Source: Azolla caroliniana
Lineage: Eukaryota > Plantae > Polypodiophyta
NCBI GenBank assembly: GCA_043228905.1
Contig: JBHGNT010000013.1
Coordinates: forward strand, 17,484,001 to 17,548,000
Length of the DNA: 64,000 bases
Direction: 5' to 3'
A program made the translations under genes and the position numbers. The notes under the pieces are model-generated. The model was not told the DNA's origin and searched no databases. It worked only from the letters and a program-made list of their open reading frames with translations. Below are positions 11,283 through 23,268 of the stretch, piece by piece; within the stretch, counting starts at the first letter, position 1, and each line of letters begins with the position of its first letter.

Positions 11283-14200
11283 TGTAAAGAATCGGATATG
11301 ATTCTTGTGTAGCGGAAGAGATGTGTGTTATGTGTATGTGTGAGAGGAACTAGAGGAGAGAAGAGAGAACACAAGATAGATAGAAAAAGGAATACTCAAG
11401 AAGAAGGTGTATATTCACAAGTAGAATAGCAAATACAAAATGTAGCATTACAAGGAGTCACAACCAACTTAGTATGAAGTATGAGGAGGGTGCTTTATAT
11501 ATAGTCACCCTCTCTCTTCATTAACTAACTACAACAACCACTCTCCTTTGGGGAATGTGAAGACTCATAGTCATGGGGAATATGTAACTCATTAGTTATG
11601 TGTCATAGAATATGATTCTATGACTCATAGTTAATGTGTAGAGAGATAGTGGTGTGACTCTTGACCTTTGAGTAATCATAGATTCTCAAAAGGTGTGTTC
11701 ACATGTTGCACTATGTTGAGCTTGATTCTCCACACGCCCCCTCAAGCTCAACTCGGGTCGGTTCCTTTTGATAGATGTCCGCTTCGGCTGGTATCCGGTT
11801 CGGACGATCTCCGGTGTCCGCTTCGGCTCATACCCAGTTCGGAAGGTATCTAGTTCTCGCTTATACTCCCCCTCAAGATTGGCAAGTTAGGAATTGTCAA
11901 TCCAAGGTCTAACATGAATGGCCAAAACTTGTCGGCTCTTAGGGCCTTGGTGAAGATGTCGATTGTTTGAAGATTCGTGTTGATGTGTAGAAGATCAACA
12001 TCTCCAGCTTGAACACGCTCTCGAATGAAGTGGTAGTGCACCTCAATATGCTTTGTGCATGCGTGGAACACCGGGTTCCGAGCCAGATATATATTGCTCA
12101 TGTTGTCGTAGTAAATGGGAGTCGGATCCTTGATGGGAATGCCCAAATCCTTCAAAATCCTCTTGAGCCATACGGCTTCACATGCAGCTACGGTTGCACC
12201 CCTGTATTCGGCCTCCATACTCGAAAGAGCTACGGTTGGTTGCTTCTTGCTAGCTACTCCACGAAATTGCTCCACTGCCAAGGAAGACGACAAAACCAGA
12301 GGTTGATCGTCGATCAACTTTGTTGTCAGCCCAGTTAGAATCCGTGTACCCTTCAAGTAGAATTGGTATGGCCGATGCGTAAAGGATGTCGTAATCCATT
12401 GTGCCGCTCACATATCGTAATACTCGCTTAGTGCAATCGAAATGGATATCTCGTGGAGTTTGCATGAATTGGCTAAGGAGGCCAACCGGATAGTTGAGGT
12501 CGGGTCGTGTGATTGTGAGATAGATGAGGCTCCCGATTAGTTGTCGATATTAAGTCAGCTCGCACTCGTCTATGCCAGAGTCAACATCTAGTTTGAGGTT
12601 TCGATCGAGAGGGGTTGACACAAATTTGCACTCTGTTATCCCGAACTTGTATAATAAGTTGAGAATGTAGTGTCGTTGAGAGATCATAATGTCGATCGGA
12701 ATCCAAATTACTTCGATGCCTAGGAAGTAATGAAGTTCCTTCATGTCTGTCATCTCGAATTTGTTGGAGAGGAGGGATTTCACCTTGTTGATGTCGACTA
12801 AACTTTCTCCTCCAATGACCAGATCATCCACATATAGAATGATGACAATCGAGCTTCTAAAGTTGTTTCTTACGTACAGGGAGTTGTCGGATTTCGACAT
12901 TCGAAATCCGATTTGATGAAGATATTGCGTAATCTTCGAATGCCAAGCACGCGGTGCTTGCTTGAGGCCGTAGAGTGGCTTCTTGAATCGGCACACGGCT
13001 TTCGGATGAGTATGCGATTCGAAGCTAGGTGGTTGTACCATGTACACTTCCTCTTCTAATTCACCTTGAAGAAAGGCTTTCTTGACATCCATCTGGTGGA
13101 GGTGCCACCCTTTCATCGCTTCGAGTGCAATCATGGTCGCACAGTCGTCATCTTTGCCACCGGGGCAAATGTCTCTTCATAGTCGACTCCATGCGTCTGT
13201 TCGTATCCTTTTGCTACGAGTCAATCTTTGTAGCAGTTTACGGAGCCGTCAGCATTATACTTCACCTTGTAGATCCATCTACAGCCGATCGCCTTCTTGT
13301 GCGGTGAGTGGGGGACAAGATCCCATGTCTTGTTTTTGGAGAGTGCTTGCATCTCCTCATTCATCACTTCAACCCATCTGGGGTTCTTCGTGGCTTTGGA
13401 AAAATTTTCTGGCTCCCGTACTGTCGCTACCTTCATCATAAAGGCGTAATGGTACACCATATAATCATTGTAACCGAATCGGCTTACGGGGTTCTTTTCA
13501 CTGGTGGATTGGAGGAGCTTCTCGTTTGCGGATAGTAAGGCTTTCTTCGCTCCATTTGTCTGGATGTCAAGGCCTTCGAACTCACTATCGAGGGAGTGAG
13601 TCAATTCGTTTCCGTCGAAGTGATCGTCTTCATACTCCGGCATTTTCTCCTTCCCTTTGTCCATCTTCAGACTAGGACGAGATGTGCTTTGGTCACTCGG
13701 GGGCTCTTGTGGCCAACTAAGTCTTGTCGTAATTGGGTTTTCTTCCTACATGTGCGTGAACCGATCTTCGGCTTCTATCTCTATTTCGAGCGGAATCGGA
13801 GTCGAAGTTGTCTCCGGTGCGTACCAAGATGCAGACTCGTCGAAAACGACGTCTTGACTTACTCGATATTTTCGGGTTGAGGGGTTATAGCACTTGTACC
13901 CCTTTTGCTCCAGTGAGTATCCTATGAGGATATATTTCTTTGACTTCGGGTCGAGCTTTTGTTGCTTCTCGTCGGGGATGTGCACGTATGCAATGGAGCC
14001 GAATATCCGAACATGTGATAGGTCCAGCTTCTTTCCGAAGAACTTCTCTTGCAGAGTAAGTTCGTGCACACCCAATGTCGTACACCGATTCATGAGGTAT
14101 ACAGTCGGGTTAGCCGCTTCTGCCCAGTACGACTTCGGCAGTTGCTTTTCGTTCATCATGGCCCATGCTACTTCGAGGATGTGTCGATTCTTTCATTTGG

Positions 14201-17200
14201 CAACTCCGTTTTGTTGTGGCATATGTTGACATGAAAACTCTTGCCGAATTCCTTCTTTTTGTAGAAAAGCCGAAAATTCATCGAAGAAGTACTCCTTGCC
14301 TCCATCCGACCGAAGACATCGTACATGTCCGCCCGTGGCTTTCTCAACTTCATCCTTAAATTTTTGGAAGTGTCCGAACACTTCACTCTTTTGTGGCATG
14401 GGGTAGATCCAGGTGTGCCTGGAGAAGTCGTCGATGAAGGCCACGTAGTATCGACATCCGCCAAATGTAGCCGTCTGAGCCGAACCCCATACATCGGAAT
14501 GAATTACGTTGAGTACGCCTTTGCTCACATTTCGTTCCTTCGGAAATGGGTGCCGATGTTGCTTGCCGAATTGGCAAGCGACACACACGCCTTCAATGTC
14601 TTTCTCCTTGAATGTCGGGAGCCCGATGATGACTCCTTTCGATTTCATTGCCTAGAGCTTTTGGAGGTTAATATGGCCAATCCGCTTGTGCCATAACTCT
14701 ATGTCGGAATCGGATTTCGTGCCCTTTGCGAACATGGCCGATTTCATCTCGCGTGAGTTGAGAATAAACATTCGGCCTCTCTTCGTCCGCGAGCGATGAG
14801 TTGGCCCTCTTTTTCGATGAAGTAACTGCCTTGATTAAATCATACTTGCATCCCTTGCTCAACAATTTGGCCAATGGAGACCAAAATCTTTGTAATGGTT
14901 GGTACATGCAAGACATTCTTAATATAAGTTTGATTACCATCTTTGCCGAATGGGACATTCTCGATGTGTCGAATTGGATGCATAGTGTCGTCTCCGGTTT
15001 CGACATAGTTGGGTCGTTCCGGCTCTCGAAGTTCTCGGAACCATTCTTGATGAGATGTCACATGGTTCGAGGCACCAAAGTCAACGAACCATACGTCTTC
15101 CGGACCAGAGGCACTAGTTGAAGTAGAAGCCGACATAGAATTTGCTCTATGTCTCATCACGAACATTCTGCCACGATCATCATAGTCGGAGTTGGTGGCG
15201 CAACTAGTAAGTTGTCAGCTAGTGGAAGCCGACTCGCGGATCCTCTTACGACACACTTCTTCATGGTGACCTATTTTTCTGCAATATCTGCATTCGACCG
15301 AGTTTTGTCGGCTTGGACCAAAATGGAAGCTCCCCCTTCTTTCGAAGGTTCCTCGATGGCTTCCGTTTTGATGCCGAAATTGCAAGTTGTTTTCGTAAGT
15401 CGGGCCTCGTCCACCTCGTCTTTGGCCGAATCGGCCTCTTCTTGCACGTTCGCATCCTCTTCCTCCGTCCAAGTGTGAGTAAAGCATGTGGCCTTCCGAG
15501 GCGTTACTCCTTGTTCAAACATGGTTTTCTTCGACCAACAACATGGATTGAAGATCGAAGAAGGAGGGTGGATTCTCTCGTGCTAATACGGCGGTCCTCA
15601 TCGCGCCGAACTGTGGTGCAAGGCCGCCGAGGCATATTTGCACCATCTCATCATCGTCCACATTGACGCTTATCGAGCCGAGTGAGTCGCAAAGCTCCTT
15701 GATCTTCAACGTGTAGCTCGTGATGGACATATCCCTTTGTTGGATGTTGTTCAACTCTTGGCGGAGTTGAAGCTTTTTCATGGTTGTGTTGGCAGCGAAA
15801 ATCTTTCGTAGATTCTCCCACGCTTCCTTTGGCATCTTGGCTTCTCGAATGTAGCCGAGCATGCGGACGTGAACACATGTTGCCAAGCAATACATCACTC
15901 GGCTTGCCGCTTGCTCCCATGTTGCGTAGTCGGCGTCTTTCGGGTCAAGTCAGTTTTCTTGTGCTCCTTTGATGTAGCCCCAATAGCCTTGGTTGACAAG
16001 GTATTAGTGCATCTTGTACTCCCAAGATGCAAAGTTTGTAAAGAATCAGAAGATGGATTCTGTGCAGCGGAATAAATATGAACTATGTGTGTGTATAAGG
16101 GAGAGAGAGTGAGAGAGAGAGACAACGAGTAAGACACAGAGAATACGTAAGGTAAAGTATATTAACAACAAAGGAGAAAGACTCAGCATTATACAAGGTG
16201 GGAGGAGGGTGCTTTATATAGTCACTCTCTCTCTTCATTGACTACAAGACTCATGGAGCATGGGGAATGTGAAAGCTCATAAGTTATGTGTCATAGAATA
16301 TGATTCTATGACTCATACTAAATGCTAGAATACAAAGTGGTGACATAATGGTGACTCTTGACCGTTGGAGTGTCTATTCACTCTCAAGGTAAGTTCACAC
16401 ACTAGACCAAGTTGAGCTTGATTCTCAACACGCCCCCTCAAGCTCAAGTCGGGTCGGTTTAAGACGGTATCCGAAATCCGCGTCGACTCGCATTTATGCG
16501 GAGTTGCGGAATCCGTGCTCCAGCTTGCGTTGTGCGTAGTTGCGAAGTTTGTGCTTCGGCTTACATCTTTCTTCGCGGCTTTGCGCAGTAGATCAGCTCT
16601 TCGCGGCTTCGTTGCACGGTTGCGGAATCCACGCGTTATTGCGTAGTGTCTTCAGTACTCCCCCTCAAGCTTGGCAGGTCAGGGATCGTCAATCTGAGAT
16701 CGATCATGAATTTCCATAGCTTGTCAGCTCCTAAGGCTTTAGTGAAGATGTCGGCCATTTCGAGATTGGTGCTAATGTGTTGTAGGTCGACATCGCCAGC
16801 TAGAACGCGCTCTCGGATGAAGTGATAGTGCACTTCGATGTGCTTTGTCCGCGCGTGGAACACCAGGTTCTGAGCCACATAGATACTTCTCATGTTGTCG
16901 CAATAAAGGGAAGTCGGATCCTTGATGGGTACGCCCAGATCCGTGAGTATCCTTTTGAGCCATACGGCTTCACATGCGGCCACTGCAGCGCCCCTGTATT
17001 CTACCTCTGTGCTCGAAAGAACGACGGTTGGTTGCTTTTTGTTACTCCAGGATATTGCTCCGTTGCTGAGGGAAAAAACAAATCCGGAGGTTGATCTTCT
17101 ATCGGCTTTGTAGCCAACCCAATCAGCGTCTGTGTACCCCTTGAGTCGTATTGGCATCACGGTCTTGTAGAGGATCCCGCAATCCATTGTGCCGCTCACG

Positions 17201-20200
17201 TATCGTAGAACTCGCTTAGTGCAATCCAAGTGAGTATCACACGGTGTTTGCATGAATTGGCAAAGGAGACCGAATGGATAACTGAGGTCGGGTCGTGTGA
17301 TCGTGAGATAGATGAGACTCCCGATGAGTTGCCGATACTGAGTCGGCTCACAGGCTTTGGTGCCGAAGTTCGCATCTAGTTTGAGATTGCGATCGAGCAG
17401 GGTTGCCGCGAATTTGCACTCAGCCATACCAAACTTGTATAACAAGTTGAGAATATAGTGTCGTTGAGAGATCATGATTCCGGCCGGAGTCCGAATTACC
17501 TCGATGCCAAGGAAGTAGTGGAGCTCCTTCATGTCCGACATCTCGAACTTGTCGAAAAGGAGGGATTTGACCTTATTGATTTCGACGAGATGCTCACCTC
17601 CAATGATTAGGTCATCCACATATAAGATGATGACGATCGGACTTGCAGAATAACTTCGTACGTAGAGAGAGTTGTCCGATTTTGGCATACGGAAGCCGAT
17701 TTGATAAAGATATTGCATTATCTTCGAATGCCAAGCACGCGGTGCTTGCTTGAGGCGGTAGAGTGGCTTCTTGAGTCAGCATACAGCTTTCGGATGGGTG
17801 CTCAAGTTGAAGCCGGTTGGTTGTATCATGTACACCTCCTCTTCTAATTTGCCTTGTAGAAAGGCGTTATTGACGTCCATTTGATGAAGGTGCCACCCTT
17901 TCGCTGCGGCAAGCACAATTACGATCCGTACCGTCCTCATCTTTGCCACCGGGGCAAAGGTCTCCTCGTAGTCAACTCCGTGCATTTGGGCGTAGCCTTT
18001 CGCTACGAGTCACGCTTTGTAGCGGTTGACAAAACCGTCGACGTTGTACTTCACTTTGTAAATCTATCTGCATCCGATCGCCTTTTTGTGTGGTGAGGTG
18101 GGAACGAGATCCCATGTCTCGTTCTTGCGTAGTGCCTACATCTCCTCGTTCATGGCTTCGATCCATCGCGGATCCTTGGCTGCTTCGGAAAATGTTTCTG
18201 ACTCGTGTACTGTCGCCACCTTCATCATAAAGGCATAGTGATATGCCATGTGGTCGTTGTAGCCGAATTGGCTAACCGGATTCTTTTCACGGGTGGAGCG
18301 ACGGAGCTTTTCATTTGTAGAGATGAGGGCTTTCTTAGCTCCGATTGGTACATCGAAGCCGCCAAACTCACTGTCAAGTGAGTGAGTCGACTCATCATCG
18401 TCGAAGCAATCGTCTGCGTATTCCGACATTTTCACCTTGCCTTTGTCCATCTTCGGGCTAGGCCGTGATGTGCTTTGATCACTCGAGGGCTCTTGTGGCC
18501 CACTTAGCCTTGTGGTAATCGAGCTATCTTCGAACATGTCTTCGAGGCGATCTCCACCTTCTCGCACTTGTTCGGCGGATTCCGGGTCGAGCGGAGTCGG
18601 AGTCGAAGTTGTCTCTAGTGCGTACCAGGATGCGGACTCGTCAAAAACGACGTCTCAACTTACTCGAGATTTTTGAGTTCAGGGGTTGTAGCACTTGTAC
18701 CCCTTTTGGTCCAGTGAGTATCCTACGAGGATACATTTCTCCAACTTTGGGTCAAGCTTTTGACGCTTCTCGTCGGGGATGTGCACGTACGCTATCGCGC
18801 CGAATATCCGGGTGTGCGATAAGTTCAGCTTCTTTCTGAAATATTTTTCGTGCGGAGTGACCTCGTGCACTCCGGATGTTGTGCACTGGTTCATTAGGTA
18901 GACGGCCGTATTTGCAGCTTCGGCACAATATGACTTGCGCATATGCTTCTCGTTCATCATGGCCTGCGCTACTTTGAGGATGTGCCGATTTTTGCGCTTG
19001 GCTACTCCGTTTTGTTGTGGAGTGTGTCGGCAAGTGAGTTCTCACCGAATTCCTTCCTTTCGGAGATATGCCGTGAAATCGTCCAAGAAGTACTCCTTGC
19101 CGCCATCCGATCGAAGGCATCATACATGATGGCTCGTGGCTTTCTCGACTTAATTCTTGAATTTTTGGAAGTGTCCGAACACTTCGCTCTTTTGCCGCAT
19201 CGGATAGATCCAAGTGTGCCTAGAGAAGTCGTCGATGAAGGTCACGTAGTATCGGCTTCCGCCGAATGTCGCCGTCTAAGCTAGACCCCATACATCATAA
19301 TGAATTACGTCGAGTACGCCTTTGCTCACGTTCCGCTCTTTCGGGAATGGGTGTCGGTGTTGCTTGCCGAATTGGCACGCTTCGCATACACCTTCAATCT
19401 CCTTCTCTTTGAATGTCGGGAGTCTGATGAAGACTCCTTTTGATTTCATTGCTTTGAGTTTGTTGAGATTGATGTGCCCAATTCGCTTGTGCCATAGGCT
19501 TTCGTGCTTCTTGCGAACATGGCGGATTTCATCTCGTGTGAATCGAGAATGAACATCAGGCCGTCTCTTCTTCCGCGCGCGATGATTTGGCCCTCTTTTT
19601 CGATTAAGCACCCTTCATGGTCGAATCGTACTTGCATCCCTTGCTCAACCATTTGGCCGACCGAGACCAAGTTCTTCGTGATGGTGGGAACATGCAAGAC
19701 ATTTTTAATGTATGTTTGCTTACCTCTTTCACCGAACGGAACATTGTCGATGTGCCGAATTGGGTGCGTAGTGTCATCTCCAGTTTCGACATAACCAGAT
19801 TGCTCCGGCTCTCGAAGTTTGAGAAACCATTCTTTATGAGATGTCATATGGTTTGAGGCTCCGGAGTCAACAAACCATATGTCCTCCAGATTGAGGGCAC
19901 TAGTTGAGGTAGAGGCCGACATAGAGTTTGCTCTATGTTTCATCATGAACATTCCACCACGATTGGAGTTGTGTGCGTACATTCCGCCACGATCTTCGTA
20001 GTCGGAGTTGTACCCGTACATTCCGCTATACTCTTCGTAGTCGGAATTGTGTGCGTTAATTCGTGAGTTGTCGGCTTGTGGAAGCCGATTCGCGCATCTT
20101 CTTTCGGCACTCTTCTTCGTGGTGGCCGAGCTTTCCGCAATATCCGCATTCGGTTGCGTTTTGACGGCTCAGGCCGGAGTGGAAGCTCCCCCTTCTTGCG

Positions 20201-21685
20201 AAGGTTCCTCGTTGTCCAACAAGGTATTGGTGCATCTTGTACTCCCAAGATGCGAAGTTGTTTCGATCCAACTTCTCGGTAGGGAGAGTGCTCCCCATTT
20301 GAGTATTCATTATGTCGATTCTTCTTCTTCTTCTTCTCTCTTCGAATGCGAGCTATGTAGCGAAGCTACGATAGTGATGGGTCGGTTCTTGGTCTTCGGC
20401 GTAGGACAGCGCACGCGGATGGGCTAGATCGAGCTACCAAGTCGCTCTGATACCATGTAAAGAATCAGAAGATGGATTTTGTGCAACGGAATAGATATGA
20501 ACTATGTGTGTGTACGAGGGAGAGAGAGTGTGTGTGAGAGAGACAAGGAGTAAGACACAGAGAATATGTAAGGTAAAGTACATTAACAACAAAGGAGAAA
20601 GACTCAGCATTATACAAGGTGGGAGGAGGGTGCTTTATATAGCACCCTCTCTCTTCATTGACTACAAGACTCATGGAGCATGGGGAATGTGAAAGCTCAT
20701 AAGTTATGTGTCATAGAATATGATTCTATGACTCATACTAAATGCTAGAATACAAAGTGGTGACATAATGGTGACTCTTGACCGTTGGAGTGTCTATTCA
20801 CTCTCAAGGTGAGTTCACACACTAGACCAAGTTGAGCTTGATTCTCAACAAAGTTGTTTCGATCTAGCTTCTCGCTAGGGAGAGCGCTCCCCATTTGAGT
20901 ATTCATTGTTGATGAAGATTTCTTCCTTCTTTTCGTTTCCTGCTCTCTCGAATACGAGCTATGTAGTCGCACTACGATAACGATGGACCGGATCTTCTCG
21001 AACGTCGGTGTAGAACACAACACACGCGGATGGGCTAGATCAAGCTACCAAACCGCTCTAATACCATGTAAAGAATCGGGTATGATTCTTGTGTAGTGGA
21101 AGAGATGTGTGTTATGTGTATGTGTGAGAGGAATTAGAGGAGAGAAGAGAGAACACAAGATAGATAGAAAAAGGAATACTCAAGAAGAAGGTGTATATTC
21201 ACAAGTAGAATAGCAAATACAAAATGTAGCATTACAAGGAGTCACAACCGACTTAGTATGAAGTATAATGGTGCTTTATATAAAGTCACCCTCTCTCTTC
21301 ATTAACTAACTACAACAACCACTCTCTCTCGGGGAATGTGAAGACTCATAGAATAGCAAATACAAAATGTAGCATTACAAGTAGAATAGCAAATACAAAA
21401 TGTAGCATTACAAGGAGTGACAACCGACTTAGTATGAAGTATAATGGTGCTTTATATAAAGTCACCCTCTCTCTTCATTAGCTAACTACAACAACCACTC
21501 TCTCTCGGGGAATGTGAAGACTCATAGTCATGGGGAATATGTAACTCGTTAGTTATGTGTCATAGAATATGATTCTATGACACATAGTTAATGTGTAGAG
21601 AGATAGTGCTGTGACTCTTGACCTTTGAGTAATCATAGATTCTCAAAAGGTGTGTTCACACGTATGTTGAGCTTGATTCTCAACA
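11283..21685 (-). mobile_element. Ty1/Copia element B, degenerate, with nested Copia C
   Basis: LTRs 11283-11734 and 21067-21685 (TGTAAAGAATC...TTCTC(C/A)ACA); PBS at 21055-21066; PPT at 11735-11743; gag/PR/INT/RT/RH fragments at 11850-16036 and 20856-20910. Confidence 0.95.
16037..20850 (-). mobile_element. Ty1/Copia element C nested in the gag start of B; gag internally deleted
   Basis: Near-identical LTRs 16037-16430 and 20456-20850; TSD AAGTT (16032-16036, 20851-20855); PBS GCTCTGATACCA at 20444-20455; RT/RH ORF 16636-17718. Confidence 0.96.
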
Positions 21686-22548
21686 CATTTATTAGCATTT
21701 TCGGGTGCATAGATTCTTACCAACCATATCAAATCCTCAAAATACTTGACTTCCATCACCAAAAAACATCCATATGGATCATTATAGACCATGTGTGGAC
21801 AAAACAAATCACAAATAATCATGGCTACCCCTGAGTAATGATGTGATAATTGTCCTGCATAATATGCGGAATATCCACGCAAATGTAACATTGATCCTAC
21901 TAAATCATGACACTTATGTTCAATTGAACGTAAAACATCCCATTCTTTATCAAATAAAGTTTTCCATAGTATATATTTCTTATGAGGAGAAGATGCCCCT
22001 CACACATTCCATGAAACCACTTTCATTTAACACCTTTAGTAAGAAGTTGCTCTTTATTAGCAAGTGTATTCATGAATTTACTAACTACTTGTTCAGGAGC
22101 CACATAAGGATTCATGTGTACGACATCCCCTCCACCAATAATAGGGTTTTGTTATATAGATCCACGAGAACGAAGTCCTTGATTTAATTTAGGTCACATC
22201 ACCCTTCTTGAATAATCGAATTGGAATTGGTTGGACACTCTCTTATTTCGCACTTGTTTCTGCCAAGGATTTTCCTTAAAGCCCTCATTCAATCTCAAAT
22301 TTTCTTTCAGTAATGCCTTACTGTTAGTATTTCATGTCCCTTTTATCTTATGCTTCACTTGATGCCACTCTCCATCTTCAACATCTAGGTCATCATTAAT
22401 ACATACTCCATTCTCCTCCCCAACACCTCCATTCTCGCTCTAACCTATCACGGACACACCAACAGTGGACTACGACAGAGCACGGTGTTGGGAGCGCCTT
22501 CATATGATGCGGAACAAGATCAACACTCCTCTAGTGGAAGATCGTAAG

Positions 22549-22959
22549 TGTTAGGAAACGGGTCTCTCCGGATGGGAAGTGAGAAGAACAGTGTTGATGA
22601 GCAAACTCGGCCGAGGCCGAAACCGGATGTGGTATACCCGGCAATGGAAGATCCGGTGAGAACCGGATGTGGAGTACCCGGCTACGGAAGACCCGGTGAG
22701 AACCGGATGACGAGTACCCGGCAATGGAAGACCCAGTGAGAACCGGATGACGAGTACCCGGCAAGAGCCGGATGGGGAAGGCCCAGTGAGAAGTGCTCAC
22801 CGGATGAAGGGACATATTCGTAAATATGTTTTCTGAGAGTCCATCGGGGCTATATTTGTAAATAGCTGAAAAGTCATATTAGTATAAATATGACTTAGGG
22901 CAAACTTAGTGAGAGCAGTCGTCATTCTTGTTGGTGCAAGATTAGAGTGCATTACTGTG

Positions 22960-22999
<40 letters not shown>

Positions 23000-23268
23000 G
23001 AGGTCGTTGCCTCTGTTGTAACCGCCACCTGTGGCGAAGATAGCAAGCTCGAGGTCGTTGCCTCGGTGCTTTACTATTGTACATTGTGAAATAGTGATAG
23101 TTTGCAGTCTGTGGGCTGCCGTGGTTTTTCCCTAGTTTGGGTTTTCCACGTTAACATCCTGTGTACTCTTCTCTTCATTGTGTCATGCGTTCATTACCCG
23201 TTTTTTGTGTTTGATCCTAGGCTCAGTTGTGGCCGAGTGTTGTTCATCGGGAGCGTGTGTTCGTGTTA
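22549..23268 (+). mobile_element. Solo LTR related to Copia A LTRs, inserted in the Copia D 3' LTR
   Basis: TSD GTAAG (22544-22548, 23269-23273); TG...TA ends (CA probably mutated); shares AGGGCAAACTT, (GA)n and GGTTTTTCCCT...GGGTTTTCCACGTTAA with the A LTRs; 40-bp tandem array at 22621-22770. Confidence 0.88.

Larger units (their letters stand above)
8150..22400 (-). mobile_element. Degenerate L1-clade LINE split by Copia B/C (pieces 8150-11282 and 21686-~22400)
   Basis: APE motifs (SWNV-RG near 22000, VRIYAP at ~21710, DHFPI), RT 9528-10780 (WRPISL, QYGFIAGR, LDLEKAYD, LADDS) and C-terminal zf-RVT CFFC...H...C (8305-8613); frame is continuous across the Copia B insertion. Outer boundaries approximate. 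Confidence 0.88.

Noticed and set aside
22621-22770. 40-bp periodic repeat resembling a CRISPR array
   Set aside because: No unique spacers, no cas genes, eukaryotic context; it is a tandem array within a solo LTR.
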